Source: an uncultured cyanobacterium
GTDB lineage: Bacteria > Cyanobacteriota > Cyanobacteriia > Cyanobacteriales > CAWUOF01
DNA length: 64,000 nt
Direction of reading: 5' to 3'
Assembly (NCBI GenBank): GCA_963744145.1
Contig: CAVUSO010000001.1
Location: 5,216,001 to 5,280,000, forward strand
In this document: positions 40,800-51,592 of the stretch, in pieces
Layout: every line of letters begins with the position of its first letter
Numbering within the stretch: the stretch's first letter is position 1
Notes under the pieces: generated by a model
The model's database searches: none
Told to the model about the DNA's origin: nothing
Seen by the model: only the letters and a program-made list of their open reading frames with translations
Made by a program: the position numbers and the translations under genes

Positions 40800-42277
40800 T
40801 GTAGAATTGTCAAGATTTGTAAGATGCGATCGCGATATTGATCAGACCGATTTTTGACTTCATTGGATAGATCAGCTAGTTGCACAACGTATTCTAACCA
40901 ATTGACAGCAATTTGTGATGGATGTGCTGGGTCATCAACTCGATTATTTAGTTCGCGAGTCTTAATATCTAAAAGGCGATCAATACTATCTCCCATCAAA
41001 CTGTGATATAGTTTGTTTCTTAATGTAATAAATCCCAATTTTTCTTGTGGATTATTTCCCAATTTCCAATTATTAATATAAAAACAGTTTTTAAACTTGT
41101 CCCATTCTGGTGACACAATGGGAGTAATGGGAGTAGCCTGAAAATTAGTTATTTTACCACTATGATTAGTGAAATCAAACAAGCCGTCAGTTAACAAATT
41201 TGTAACAATCGAGTTTATACTGCATCGTCCAATTTTTCCGTCCTTTGTATCATTATTAAAAATTAGTTCCTGTCCATGCCATTGATAATTACCATTTCCT
41301 TGCTTTTCTACAACTAGGAGTAAAGCCAATTCTAAAGCTCCAGCTATTCTAAGATACCAGTGCATCCACTGACTGCGATCGCGAAAAGCTTTTTCACTCC
41401 ACAAAGCAATACTTATTCGCTCAATAATGCTATCTCGTCCCTCTATATTTCTTCCTTCTAAATTTAAAGAAACTGATCTGTCAAGAAAAGAGAAAGACTC
41501 AGCTAAATCTTGATATCTCGGATGACACAAATCTAGTAGCTTGAAAGCACCACTAAAATCTTGAATTTCCAATAATTCCCGAATTTGAGGCACTTTAAGT
41601 CGCCACTGCCAATGCTTACCGGGATGGGTATAGCAGTCTATTTCTTGTTCGGAAATATAAACAAAATCTATATTATTACCAGCCAGCTTTTGTTCAATAC
41701 CCCAAAGATACAACGCACCACTTAAAGCAGGCGTACCGCTATTATGCTGTACAATAATTTTTTCAAGTAGAATTCTATCTCCTTCTTCTGGTTTAAAATA
41801 TATTGAGTTATTTTCAAACACAATATACTTACCTAATAAAGGATCAACAGATTCTGCCATTCCTTCCCAATCAGCCGCTCCATTACGTATGCCTGGGTCA
41901 ACATCTAGACGGATAGGATAACAGATAATATTTTGGCTTTGACACCAAGCTAATAAAATCTTTTCCCACCAAATGCCATCTAAGGTAATAACACTGCTCC
42001 ACCCTTCTGGGGTGTCATTCCAATTTTGTATCCATCGAATTTGATCTGTTAGGATAAAAGCAAACAAAATATCCGCATCAGCCGATAAATTGCTGTAAAG
42101 CTTTTGTACCAAAGGAAAACTAACTCTGTCTAAGTCTTGAATAAAATTTTTCTCATTAAGAAGAGCCTGTTCCTGGAAATCGTTTAGAAAATATAGTCTT
42201 TCTAACTTCTTTAACCCATCTTCTCCGTCAACTTGGATATCACTATTACCGAGAACCTGCACAATTAGCTTAGTCAT
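40796..42277 (-). CDS. Putative CARF-HEPN (Csm6/Csx1-like) type III ancillary ribonuclease
   Basis: N-terminal VLGNSD and IVQHNSGTPAL (CARF-like); C-terminal RNKLYH (RxxxxH); stop overlaps the cas10 start. Confidence 0.65.
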   Translation of the reverse strand: MTKLIVQVLGNSDIQVDGEDGLKKLERLYFLNDFQEQALLNEKNFIQDLDRVSFPLVQKLYSNLSADADILFAFILTDQIRWIQNWNDTPEGWSSVITLDGIWWEKILLAWCQSQNIICYPIRLDVDPGIRNGAADWEGMAESVDPLLGKYIVFENNSIYFKPEEGDRILLEKIIVQHNSGTPALSGALYLWGIEQKLAGNNIDFVYISEQEIDCYTHPGKHWQWRLKVPQIRELLEIQDFSGAFKLLDLCHPRYQDLAESFSFLDRSVSLNLEGRNIEGRDSIIERISIALWSEKAFRDRSQWMHWYLRIAGALELALLLVVEKQGNGNYQWHGQELIFNNDTKDGKIGRCSINSIVTNLLTDGLFDFTNHSGKITNFQATPITPIVSPEWDKFKNCFYINNWKLGNNPQEKLGFITLRNKLYHSLMGDSIDRLLDIKTRELNNRVDDPAHPSQIAVNWLEYVVQLADLSNEVKNRSDQYRDRILQILTILQ

Positions 42278-42489
42278 TAAGATTACCCTGAAAAACAAAT
42301 TTTAATAGCTCTACCGAACTTGATCTGTAATAAATCGCTGAAATCCTTATTTAGTCAGCTTTAGCGGGAAAATTGATTAAAATGAACCTATCAGAATCTA
42401 AAACTTATGCCAAATGAGGCTTTCGGCTGTTTCACTTGGTTCTTAAAGCGCAGGTTCGGTAGAACCCAATAAATTGTTGCCTAGATTCT

Positions 42490-42768
42490 GATGTCTATGG
42501 CACGCTACGTGATCGCCTATGGCACGCAATGCGATCGCGAGAGCGTACCGTAGGCAATCGCCCCTACAATTAACTGAACTGTATTATACTATAGCCAATA
42601 CTCCAATGTCATTAATACTTGGTCTTCTGAACTGAGTTTACCAGCTCGTTTACCCGTTCGCGTAGTCGAAGAGGGCGTAGCCGAAAGGTATGTAGTTGTG
42701 ATCAGGGCGCTGAAGCGCTACTACATACCTAAGAATAATATATTTTCTTCTCTAACTGAACTGTATTG
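42490..42768. repeat. Cluster of SDR/REP-like repeats and two orphan MITE right ends
   Basis: Tandem ctatggcacgc..gatcgc units; taactgaactgtatt near 42571 and 42753. Confidence 0.55.
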
Positions 42769-42822
42769 AGTTATAATAGGAATAACCTTGCTACATTTGT
42801 CAATCAAATTATCATAATTGCA

Positions 42823-44025
42823 ATGTTTAACTCTAACGAAACTCCCTTAACTGAAAAAAACGAACGTTTACGTCGTTGGAGACTAATTCTTGGGGGTGAT
42901 CAAGCAGATGGAATTTGTAACAATACAGGGGATGGTCAAGGAGCAGGTTTTAGCTTAAGTAGCACAGATAAAGCGATCGATGGTGTTCTCAGTGCGCTGT
43001 ATGATAGCGATCGCGCAGGTGGATTAGGTAGTTCAGCTCCAAATGTAGCTCGTTGGTTAGGAGATATCCGTCAATATTTCCCCACCTCGATCGTGCGGAT
43101 TATGCAAAAAGATGCTTTAGAACGACTACATTTAAGACAAATGTTGCTTGAACCTGAATTACTGGAAGCAGTTGAACCAGATGTGCATTTAGTCGCTGAT
43201 TTACTAGCAATTAGCAATCTTATTCCTAGCAAAACTAAGGATACAGCACGTCAAGTAGTGCGTCGTGTGGTTGAACGATTACAGCGTCAATTAGCTAATC
43301 CCACTCGTCAAGCAATTATGGGAAGTCTAAACCGTGCTATTCGTAATCGTCGTCCTCGTCATAATGAAATTGACTGGAATCGCACTATCCGTGCTAACCT
43401 CAAACATTATCAGCCAGCATATCGTACTATTATCCCAGAAACTCGGATCGGTTATGGACGTAAACGTTCATCCCTGCGTGATATTATTCTTTGTATTGAT
43501 CAAAGTGGATCAATGGCAACTTCTGTAGTTTATTCTAGTATTTTCGGTGCAGTTTTAGCATCTTTACCCGCAGTTCAAACCCGAATGGTGGTTTTTGATA
43601 CTTCAGTGGTAGACTTGACTGAAGATTTACAAGACCCGGTTGATCTCCTCTTTGGTACTCAATTAGGTGGTGGTACGGATATCAATCGAGCCCTAACTTA
43701 CTGTCAGAATTTAATCCAACGTCCCCAAGAAACTATTTTGGTACTTATTAGTGACTTATATGAGGGTGGTAATCAAACTGAAATGCTCAAACGAGTAGCA
43801 ACATTGGTCTCATCTGGAGTTCAATTTATTGCTTTATTAGCTTTAAATGATGATGGGGCTCCCTCGTTTGACCATAATGTTGCTACCGCATTTGCTAATT
43901 TGGGAATTCCCTCTTTTGCTTGCACTCCTAATCAATTTCCTGATTTAATGGCAGCAGCGATTAATCGTCAAGATATTAATCAATGGGCTGCAAATCGTGA
44001 TCTGGTTACAACTCGCAGTAAATAA
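42823..44025 (+). CDS. VWA domain protein (YehP/CoxE-like)
   Basis: RRWRLILG, MIDAS IDQSGSM, FDT, GGGTDI, LISDLYEGG. Confidence 0.85.
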   Translation: MFNSNETPLTEKNERLRRWRLILGGDQADGICNNTGDGQGAGFSLSSTDKAIDGVLSALYDSDRAGGLGSSAPNVARWLGDIRQYFPTSIVRIMQKDALERLHLRQMLLEPELLEAVEPDVHLVADLLAISNLIPSKTKDTARQVVRRVVERLQRQLANPTRQAIMGSLNRAIRNRRPRHNEIDWNRTIRANLKHYQPAYRTIIPETRIGYGRKRSSLRDIILCIDQSGSMATSVVYSSIFGAVLASLPAVQTRMVVFDTSVVDLTEDLQDPVDLLFGTQLGGGTDINRALTYCQNLIQRPQETILVLISDLYEGGNQTEMLKRVATLVSSGVQFIALLALNDDGAPSFDHNVATAFANLGIPSFACTPNQFPDLMAAAINRQDINQWAANRDLVTTRSK

Positions 44026-44095
44026 TAATTTGGTTACTCGTTCTCATGGTATAATTAATCAGCAAAAATATCTAGTCATTCAGTTTATTGATCCG

Positions 44096-44653
44096 ATGAT
44101 GAACTCTGAACGTAAGCCAAGCAACTCTGATGAAGAATCACAATCTTATCGAACTATTTATGAAGGCGATCGCGCTTTACGACAATTTGCTGAACGACTA
44201 TCTGAACATTTAGAAAATGATCAATTAGTGCAGCAAACCACTGAAGAGTTAAGAAGTTTTTTAAATGTTGATCGAGTCGTGATATATTACTTTTATCGAG
44301 AGTGGAAAGGACAAGTTACCTTTGAAGCTTTAAGCAATTTCCAATTATCAATTTTTGGTTCAACTGGACCAGATGGTTGTTTTAATGATGAATATGCAGC
44401 CCTGTATAAAGCGAGAAGAATTCGGGCGATCGCAGATATTGAAACTGAGCCGATCGCAACTTGTCACCGAGACTTTCTGCGGAGTATTCAAGTGCGAGCT
44501 AATTTAGTAGTACCAATTCTCACCACCCGATTGTGGGGATTATTAATTGCCCATCATTGTCAAAATCCTCGTCACTGGATTCAATCGGAGATCGAAGTAA
44601 TGCAACAAGCAGCGCATAAAATCGAAACCGCACCAACAATTTTAAAAAATTAA
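44096..44653 (+). CDS. Stand-alone cyanobacteriochrome-type GAF protein
   Basis: DRVVIY, PDGCF (DXCF), TCH, VRANLVVPI, LWGLLIAHHC. Confidence 0.75.
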   Translation: MMNSERKPSNSDEESQSYRTIYEGDRALRQFAERLSEHLENDQLVQQTTEELRSFLNVDRVVIYYFYREWKGQVTFEALSNFQLSIFGSTGPDGCFNDEYAALYKARRIRAIADIETEPIATCHRDFLRSIQVRANLVVPILTTRLWGLLIAHHCQNPRHWIQSEIEVMQQAAHKIETAPTILKN

Positions 44654-44716
44654 TCCCAGTTATGGCTAGTGGTAACTAACCATAACCCATTAACTATTTG
44701 AGCAGTGGAGATGAAC

Positions 44717-45427
44717 TTAAAACGTTTCAGGATTGATAATATAATCAAAATTATCTATCCCGACATTTTTTTCCAAAGTCTTCATAATCTGACGAGCATT
44801 GTCATAAGGTCCACTAACATAACAGGGTTTACCAGTACGACCAAAGGTTAATTGACAATCACCATTCCATTCTCCTAAATGCGATCGAGATTGGGCAAAA
44901 TCTCGATGGGGGCTAAATCCTAAAGCTTGAGCATAATTGATCGCACCAAAAACAAACTCTTGAGCTTGTTGTAAGGTAATTTCTTGGTAACCATAAGGAA
45001 AATAGTTATAGACTTGTTCAATAAATTCAACATACTTGTTGCCATTCATGTTTTTTGGTCCAATAGTATCCTTTACCCCTAGACACCAATAATCTACCAG
45101 GTAAGTACAGACACTAAACATCCCAGACTTCACCTGACGAGAAATAAAAACTAATCCGAACCCAGAAGAACCATTGGATTTCTCTAGAGCCTCATCATCA
45201 TTATCATTATTAGAAAAAAACTTTTCCGCACAGGTAACATTCATCAAACACTTGTCTAGGGGAGCTAATTCACCTGTTTCTGCTTGAATAATCGCTTTTT
45301 TCTCAGCTTCTTCTTGCAGAATAGCAGAAACAGCAGATACTTTTAACCCTAACTGACGCGCAATTAATTTAGGGGTTAGCTTCAAAGAACGTAAATCGAG
45401 GATTTTTTGACGTTGTTCGGAATCCAT
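44717..45427 (-). CDS. Hypothetical protein with N-terminal HTH
   Basis: LTPKLIARQLGLKVSAV; YLVDYWCLGVKD; YVSGPYD. Confidence 0.65.
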   Translation of the reverse strand: MDSEQRQKILDLRSLKLTPKLIARQLGLKVSAVSAILQEEAEKKAIIQAETGELAPLDKCLMNVTCAEKFFSNNDNDDEALEKSNGSSGFGLVFISRQVKSGMFSVCTYLVDYWCLGVKDTIGPKNMNGNKYVEFIEQVYNYFPYGYQEITLQQAQEFVFGAINYAQALGFSPHRDFAQSRSHLGEWNGDCQLTFGRTGKPCYVSGPYDNARQIMKTLEKNVGIDNFDYIINPETF

Positions 45428-45633
45428 TAATATCAACACCTTAATTTTGCAACAGGGACGATTGGTCAATAGTCCCTCATCTAAATATAAACAAAATCCA
45501 CCTCGATCGGGTAGCTGGCCCTGATGGTCAGCCAAAGCTCAAATTAATCTGTTAAGATCTCAATCTGAGCTTGCTTTCACCTGGCACCCGCGATCCGCAG
45601 TGCCGACTTCAATCCTCGTTGGGAACAAAGCTG

Positions 45634-46716
45634 ATGGCCACACAAACAAATGGAAAATCGGATAAAGAAAAAGCCCTGAGCCTAGTGTTCAAGCAGATTG
45701 AACAGCAATTTGGTAAAGGGGCAATAATGCGGCTTGGAGACGCAGCCCGCATTAAAGTAGAAACTATTTCCACTGGAGCATTGACCCTGGATTTAGCTTT
45801 GGGGGGAGGATTGCCCAAGGGACGAGTGATCGAAATATATGGTCCGGAAAGTTCCGGGAAAACTACCTTAGCATTACATGTGATCGCAGAAATTCAAAAA
45901 GGAGGGGGCATCGCGGCATTTGTTGATGCTGAACACGCCCTTGATCCCACCTATGCGACCCAATTAGGTGTAGATACAGAAAACCTCCTCGTCTCACAAC
46001 CAGATAATGGTGAAACAGCACTAGAAATAGTCGATCAATTGGTGCGATCGGCAGCAGTAGAAATTGTGGTCATCGATTCAGTCGCCGCCTTAGTCCCACG
46101 GGCAGAAATCGAAGGGGACATGGGCGATACCCAAATTGGTTTACAAGCTCGCTTAATGAGCCAAGCTATGCGAAAAATTACTGGTAACATCAGCAGATCT
46201 GGATGTACGGTAATTTTCCTCAACCAATTACGCCAAAAAATTGGTGGCAATAGCTATGGTCCCTCAGAAGTTACTACGGGTGGTAATGCTCTCAAGTTTT
46301 ATGCTTCAGTACGTCTAGATATTCGCCGCAAAGAAACTTTGAAAAAAGGCACCCAAGAATACGGGATTCTGGCGAAGGTCAAAGTCGCCAAAAATAAGGT
46401 AGCTCCTCCTTTCCGTGTGGCTGAATTTGATATTATTTTTGGTAAAGGGATTTCACGGTTAGGCTGTTTACTAGATCTAGCAGAAGAAACTGGAGTGGTC
46501 ACCCGGAAAGGGGCTTGGTATAGTTTCAAAGGTGATAATATCGCTCAAGGTCGGGAAAATACAGTCAAATATTTAGAAGAAAAAACTGAATTTGCCAAAG
46601 ACATTGAGCAGTTAGTCCGCCAAAAATTAGAAATGGGCGCAGTGGTTTCTGCTAATTCAGTTGTGCCGATCGAAGCCGAAGAAGAGGAAGAAGAATACGC
46701 AGAAGAAGATTTATAA
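45634..46716 (+). CDS. recA: Recombinase A
   Basis: [43 protein letters not shown]. Confidence 0.98.
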   Translation: MATQTNGKSDKEKALSLVFKQIEQQFGKGAIMRLGDAARIKVETISTGALTLDLALGGGLPKGRVIEIYGPESSGKTTLALHVIAEIQKGGGIAAFVDAEHALDPTYATQLGVDTENLLVSQPDNGETALEIVDQLVRSAAVEIVVIDSVAALVPRAEIEGDMGDTQIGLQARLMSQAMRKITGNISRSGCTVIFLNQLRQKIGGNSYGPSEVTTGGNALKFYASVRLDIRRKETLKKGTQEYGILAKVKVAKNKVAPPFRVAEFDIIFGKGISRLGCLLDLAEETGVVTRKGAWYSFKGDNIAQGRENTVKYLEEKTEFAKDIEQLVRQKLEMGAVVSANSVVPIEAEEEEEEYAEEDL

Positions 46717-46892
46717 GTAGCCAAGGGTCAGATCTAACGGTTGGTCGGTGATCCTGGATCTCTATTGGCGTTCCTCAGCCTGCAACTTAATAATGGTAAT
46801 ATTTGCGAATTTAATCAAGTTCCCCCTTGCCAACGATCCCTCACAGTCAGACACTTGACTTTGAGAGTTCATCGGCAGTTGAGAGGTATTGT

Positions 46893-48182
46893 GTGAAAAA
46901 AGTCTTAGCCATTATTCTCGGTGGGGGTGCAGGTACTCGCCTTTATCCATTGACCAAGGTACGGGCCAAACCTGCGGTGCCCCTAGCAGGTAAATATCGT
47001 CTGATTGATATACCCGTTAGTAACTGCATTAATTCAGAAATTCTCAAAATCTACGTTCTCACCCAATTTAATTCAGCCTCACTAAATCGCCATATTGGTC
47101 GTACTTACCATTTTTCTGGTTTTAGTGAGGGGTTTGTCGAAGTGTTGGCTGCCCAGCAAACAACAGACAATCCCAACTGGTTTCAAGGAACAGCAGATGC
47201 GGTACGTCAGTATATCTGGCTACTAGAGGAATGGGACGTGGATGAGTACCTGATCCTCTCGGGTGATCACCTCTATCGGATGGATTATCGCCTATTTTGG
47301 CAGCGTCACCGAGATACTAATGCGGATATTACTCTTTCCGTTTTGCCGATCGATGACAAACGTGCTTCGGATTTCGGTTTAATGAAAATTGACGATTCGG
47401 GTCGAGTAATTGATTTCAGTGAAAAACCTAAGGGTGATGCTCTGACAAAGATGCGGGTCGATACCACTAAACTTGGTTTAACTCCTGAACAAGCAGAGCA
47501 TAGTCCCTATATTGCTTCGATGGGAATTTATGTCTTCAAAAAAGAAGTCCTGATTAAATTACTCAAAGAAGCCCCAGAAAGAACTGATTTTGGTAAAGAA
47601 ATTATTCCTGCTTCTGCCAAAGACTATAACGTTCAAGCCTTCTTGTTTGATGGTTACTGGGAAGATATTGGAACGATTGAGTCATTCTATGATGCTAATT
47701 TGGCTTTAACTAAACAACCTCAGCCTCCTTTCAGTTTTTATGATGAAAATGCTCCCATCTACACCCGCTCTCGTTATTTACCTCCTTCTAAGCTGCTAGA
47801 CTGTAAGGTCACAGAATCGATTATTGGTGAAGGTTGTATCCTGAAAGAATGTCGGATCGAACACTCCGTTTTGGGAGTACGCACCCGAGTTGAATCAGGT
47901 AGCATTATTGAAGACTCACTGATTATGGGTTCTGACTTTTATCAGCCTTATGTAGAACGACAAGCTAGTTGGGAACAGGGTGAAGTTCCCTTGGGAATTG
48001 GTGCTGACACTAGGATTCGTCGTGCCATTGTTGATAAAAATGCCTGTATTGGTCATAATGTGCAGATTATCAACAAAGACCGAGTGCAAGAAGCCGATCG
48101 AGAAAGCGAAGGTTTTTACATTCGGAGTGGAATTGTGGTGGTGATGAAAAATGCCGTTATTCCTGATGGAACGATTATTTAG
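46893..48182 (+). CDS. glgC: Glucose-1-phosphate adenylyltransferase
   Basis: [40 protein letters not shown] start after GAGAGG. Confidence 0.97.
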   Translation: MKKVLAIILGGGAGTRLYPLTKVRAKPAVPLAGKYRLIDIPVSNCINSEILKIYVLTQFNSASLNRHIGRTYHFSGFSEGFVEVLAAQQTTDNPNWFQGTADAVRQYIWLLEEWDVDEYLILSGDHLYRMDYRLFWQRHRDTNADITLSVLPIDDKRASDFGLMKIDDSGRVIDFSEKPKGDALTKMRVDTTKLGLTPEQAEHSPYIASMGIYVFKKEVLIKLLKEAPERTDFGKEIIPASAKDYNVQAFLFDGYWEDIGTIESFYDANLALTKQPQPPFSFYDENAPIYTRSRYLPPSKLLDCKVTESIIGEGCILKECRIEHSVLGVRTRVESGSIIEDSLIMGSDFYQPYVERQASWEQGEVPLGIGADTRIRRAIVDKNACIGHNVQIINKDRVQEADRESEGFYIRSGIVVVMKNAVIPDGTII

Positions 48183-48442
48183 TGGGTCATAGGTGATTGC
48201 TCACCAAAATATGGGGGTACAAAAACTTTTGTGCCCCTATTTCGGCTCATTTCTGCTTGAGTAAACCAATAATAAAGTTATGTCCTGATCGCCAGCTAGG
48301 AAAAATAACTGAGCTTAACAAATTTTTCTTTCTGATACCCTAAATTTAGGGAACTAGTATAGATCTGCCTGAGTCCAGATTTTTGGCCAGACTATGCCCA
48401 CACACATATAGTAAAAATATAGATATAAGCAGGAGGAAATTT

Positions 48443-49465
48443 ATGGCAGCAACTGATTTTAAAGACTATTACGCCATTCTCGGGATTACTAAAACTGCGA
48501 CTTCCGACGAAATCAAAAAAACTTATCGCAAACTTGCTCGTAAATATCACCCGGATATGAATCCGGGTAATCGGGAAGCTGAAGCTCGTTTTAAAGAAGT
48601 TAGTGAAGCCTATGAAATTTTATCTGATCCGGAAAAACGGAAAAAATACGATCAATTTGGTCAATATTGGAAACAAGCTGGCACTGGAGCTGGATGGCCC
48701 AATAATGCGAGTAATGTAGATTTTGGTGGTTTTGACTTTAGCCAATATTCTAATTTTGATGAATTTATTAATGAATTATTAGGACGCTTTGGCACTTCAG
48801 GAACTAGCACAAATCGTACCGGACGCTGGTCCTATTCTCACTCTACTAATGGTAGTTCTACCAGTCCCAATAGTGGATTTAGCGGATTTAATGATTTTGC
48901 TGGTTTTGATCACAGGACTACTACCTCATCTGTAGATCAAGAGGTAAGTTTATCTCTGTCTTTATCCCAAGCTTTTCGCGGTGTCGAAGAATCCTTACGT
49001 TTGGGTAATGAAGTGATTAAAATCCGCATCCCTCCTGGAGCAAAACCTGGTAGTCGAGTCCGGGTTAAAGGTAAAGGTAATGTTGCTCCTTATACCCACC
49101 AACGGGGAGATTTATATCTAAAAATTGAAATTCAACCCCATCCTTTTTTCCAATTTGAGGGAGATAACCTGATCTGTGAAGTACCAATTACTCCTGATGA
49201 AGCAGTTCTAGGTGCGAAAATCGCCGTACCTACTCCCGATGGTACGGTGACGATGAATGTACCTCCTGGAATTCGTTCTGGTCAATCTCTGCGTTTACGC
49301 GGTAAGGGTTGGCCCCAAGTTAAAGGTGGACGTAGTGATCAACTGGTGCGAATTATTATTACTCCTCCCAAAGATATCAGTTCAACTGAGCGAGAATATT
49401 ATGAAAAAATCAAGGCGATTCGCCAGTTTAATCCTCGTAGTCATTTATCACAAGTTAAACTCTAA
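48443..49465 (+). CDS. DnaJ family chaperone (class B, CbpA-like)
   Basis: J domain with HPD, G/F region, C-terminal domain, no zinc finger; AGGAGG RBS. Confidence 0.9.
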   Translation: MAATDFKDYYAILGITKTATSDEIKKTYRKLARKYHPDMNPGNREAEARFKEVSEAYEILSDPEKRKKYDQFGQYWKQAGTGAGWPNNASNVDFGGFDFSQYSNFDEFINELLGRFGTSGTSTNRTGRWSYSHSTNGSSTSPNSGFSGFNDFAGFDHRTTTSSVDQEVSLSLSLSQAFRGVEESLRLGNEVIKIRIPPGAKPGSRVRVKGKGNVAPYTHQRGDLYLKIEIQPHPFFQFEGDNLICEVPITPDEAVLGAKIAVPTPDGTVTMNVPPGIRSGQSLRLRGKGWPQVKGGRSDQLVRIIITPPKDISSTEREYYEKIKAIRQFNPRSHLSQVKL

Positions 49466-50021
49466 TTAGCCGATCTGATTTTTTTTCTGCCAGCATAGCC
49501 ACAGTTTTTTGGAGGGTATCTACATCAGCGTTAAAAGAGAAAAAAGAAAATAAATGCTTAAACCGAATTTTGAGGTTTCGATCTAGGACAAATTGGGCTG
49601 GGAAGGGTGCACCTAATGCTTGACCTAATTTGTAAGCTCGAAAAACTCGACCATCTGGGTCGCTCAGTACAGGCATTTTTAATCCTAAATTTTTGATGAT
49701 GATTTGGCTTTGACGTTGATCTGTACTGGTGATCATTAAAATTTCTGCGCCCAATTGCTGAAATTCGGCATAATTTTCATTCAAAGCTATGATATGAGGA
49801 AAGCAAATCGGACAGAATTGTTTCGGACTAAAAATGCGCGTAAATGCTAAAACAACGGTTTTTTGATGTCGATAATCTGATAATTTGACTTGACATTTAT
49901 GCGTGATATCAGGTAGTTGAAAACCTGTTGCTGGATTTCCCAATTTCAGTTCATTGGTAGCTGGAATTGGGAAGAAGTGATTCAAGAAACGTTGATTTAA
50001 TAAGTCATTCAATGTGAGCAT
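49455..50021 (-). CDS. AhpC/TSA family peroxiredoxin-like protein
   Basis: FQLPD, VKLSDY, FCPIC, VLSDPDG. Confidence 0.75.
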   Translation of the reverse strand: MLTLNDLLNQRFLNHFFPIPATNELKLGNPATGFQLPDITHKCQVKLSDYRHQKTVVLAFTRIFSPKQFCPICFPHIIALNENYAEFQQLGAEILMITSTDQRQSQIIIKNLGLKMPVLSDPDGRVFRAYKLGQALGAPFPAQFVLDRNLKIRFKHLFSFFSFNADVDTLQKTVAMLAEKKSDRLIRV

Positions 50022-50118
50022 AGATTTTTTTTGCTCCTCTAATTAATTAAAATCCCAACACTCTTGGCGAAAAATTGCAGATTTAGTGTTGGGTTGTTTC
50101 TGCAAAAGCTACGAAAAA

Positions 50119-50730
50119 TTATATGGCAGCAAAATATTCTTTCGATTTGACTGGATCTGGATTCATAGTTTTGTCACCCGGTTTCCAATCAGCAGGACAA
50201 ACTTCATCGGGGTGAGATTGCACATGTTGAATTGCTTGTAAGGTTCGCAGAGTTTCTTCGATACTACGACCAAAGGCGTGATTGTTGATGGTAGCATGTT
50301 GGATGATCCCGTCTTTATCAATGATAAACAATCCCCGTAATGCAATTCCAGCTTCCGGATCTAATACGTTGTAACTGGTGCTAATTTCTTTTTTGAGATC
50401 GGAAACTAATGGATAGTTAAGATCACCCACACCACCTAGCTTACGCTCTGTCTGAATCCAAACTAGATGGGAAAATTCACTGTCTACCGAAACACCAAGC
50501 ACCTCGGTGTTATTTTTTTTGAAGTCTTCGTAGCGATCGCTAAAAGCAATAATCTCGGTTGGACAAACAAAAGTAAAGTCTAAGGGATAAAAGAACAAGA
50601 CTACATATTTACCACGATAGTCAGACAGTTTAATATTCTTGAATTCCTGATCGACCACAGCGGTTGCAGTAAACTCGGGTGCAGGTTGTCCAACCCGTAA
50701 GCATTTTTCTGCTACGTTAGTCAAGCTCAT
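50119..50730 (-). CDS. 2-Cys peroxiredoxin
   Basis: [13 protein letters not shown] and EVCPADW. Confidence 0.95.
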   Translation of the reverse strand: MSLTNVAEKCLRVGQPAPEFTATAVVDQEFKNIKLSDYRGKYVVLFFYPLDFTFVCPTEIIAFSDRYEDFKKNNTEVLGVSVDSEFSHLVWIQTERKLGGVGDLNYPLVSDLKKEISTSYNVLDPEAGIALRGLFIIDKDGIIQHATINNHAFGRSIEETLRTLQAIQHVQSHPDEVCPADWKPGDKTMNPDPVKSKEYFAAI

Positions 50731-51012
50731 GAACTGATTCTCCTTAAATGTGTTTATTTTATTTTACTGTTTTTAATGGGGGTAAAGATTTGAGAACTTA
50801 CTCCCACTGCTGATGATTCATTTTTTACGAACTGTAACAACCATAGCATATTAATCACGATTTTGAGCGATTTCACCAGTAATTAGGACTACTAAGCGGT
50901 TACACTCCGATCGCGCTCAAAATTCCTATTAACAATAGTTTCAATGCTACCAAGCGAAGGGAAATATTTTTAGCTTAATTAGATTTCAATTTAACTGCAT
51001 AATGGTTAAATT

Positions 51013-51579
51013 TTAACCTGACCGACTATATTTTCCAATTAATTCTGCGGTTGCTAAAATATGACCTGTCATTGCTGATAGTAATTCCTGCTTAGTTATA
51101 CCTGGTTTCAAACCCAATTTTTGATTTAAAGCATAGAGTTTAAAAAAATATCGATGGGTTCCACTAGGAGGACAAGGACCACCATAACCAGATTGACCAA
51201 AATCATTTTTTCCCTGAACACCAATTACTTGGGACTGAGTTGCAAAACCTTCTGGTAATTGACGAATTTCGGGACTCAGATCATAAAGAACCCAATGGAC
51301 AAAAGTCGCTCCCGGAGCATCTGGATCATCTACAATTAAAGCCAAGCTTTTTGTACCTGGTGGAATTTCTTCCCAATGGAGGGGAGGGGAGATATTGTCG
51401 CGATCGCAGCTATATTTAGCTGGAATTACACCATTTTCAGTAAAAACTTTACTTTCTAGTTTGATAGTTTTTGGTGCTAGAGATTGATCAGGGGTGCTAC
51501 TGTTGACAGAATTACACCCAACTAACAACGCCGTGATTACGGCAATAATAGTATAATGTCGAAAATATATTTGACTCAT
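51013..51579 (-). CDS. YbhB/YbcL (PEBP) family lipoprotein
   Basis: LVGC lipobox; DDPDAP, FVHW, YGGPCPPSGTHRY. Confidence 0.9.
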   Translation of the reverse strand: MSQIYFRHYTIIAVITALLVGCNSVNSSTPDQSLAPKTIKLESKVFTENGVIPAKYSCDRDNISPPLHWEEIPPGTKSLALIVDDPDAPGATFVHWVLYDLSPEIRQLPEGFATQSQVIGVQGKNDFGQSGYGGPCPPSGTHRYFFKLYALNQKLGLKPGITKQELLSAMTGHILATAELIGKYSRSG

Positions 51580-51592
51580 ATTAGCATCAAAA

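Noticed and set aside
45480..45633. LexA box upstream of recA
   Set aside because: No match to the cyanobacterial RGTAC-N3-DGTWC consensus was seen
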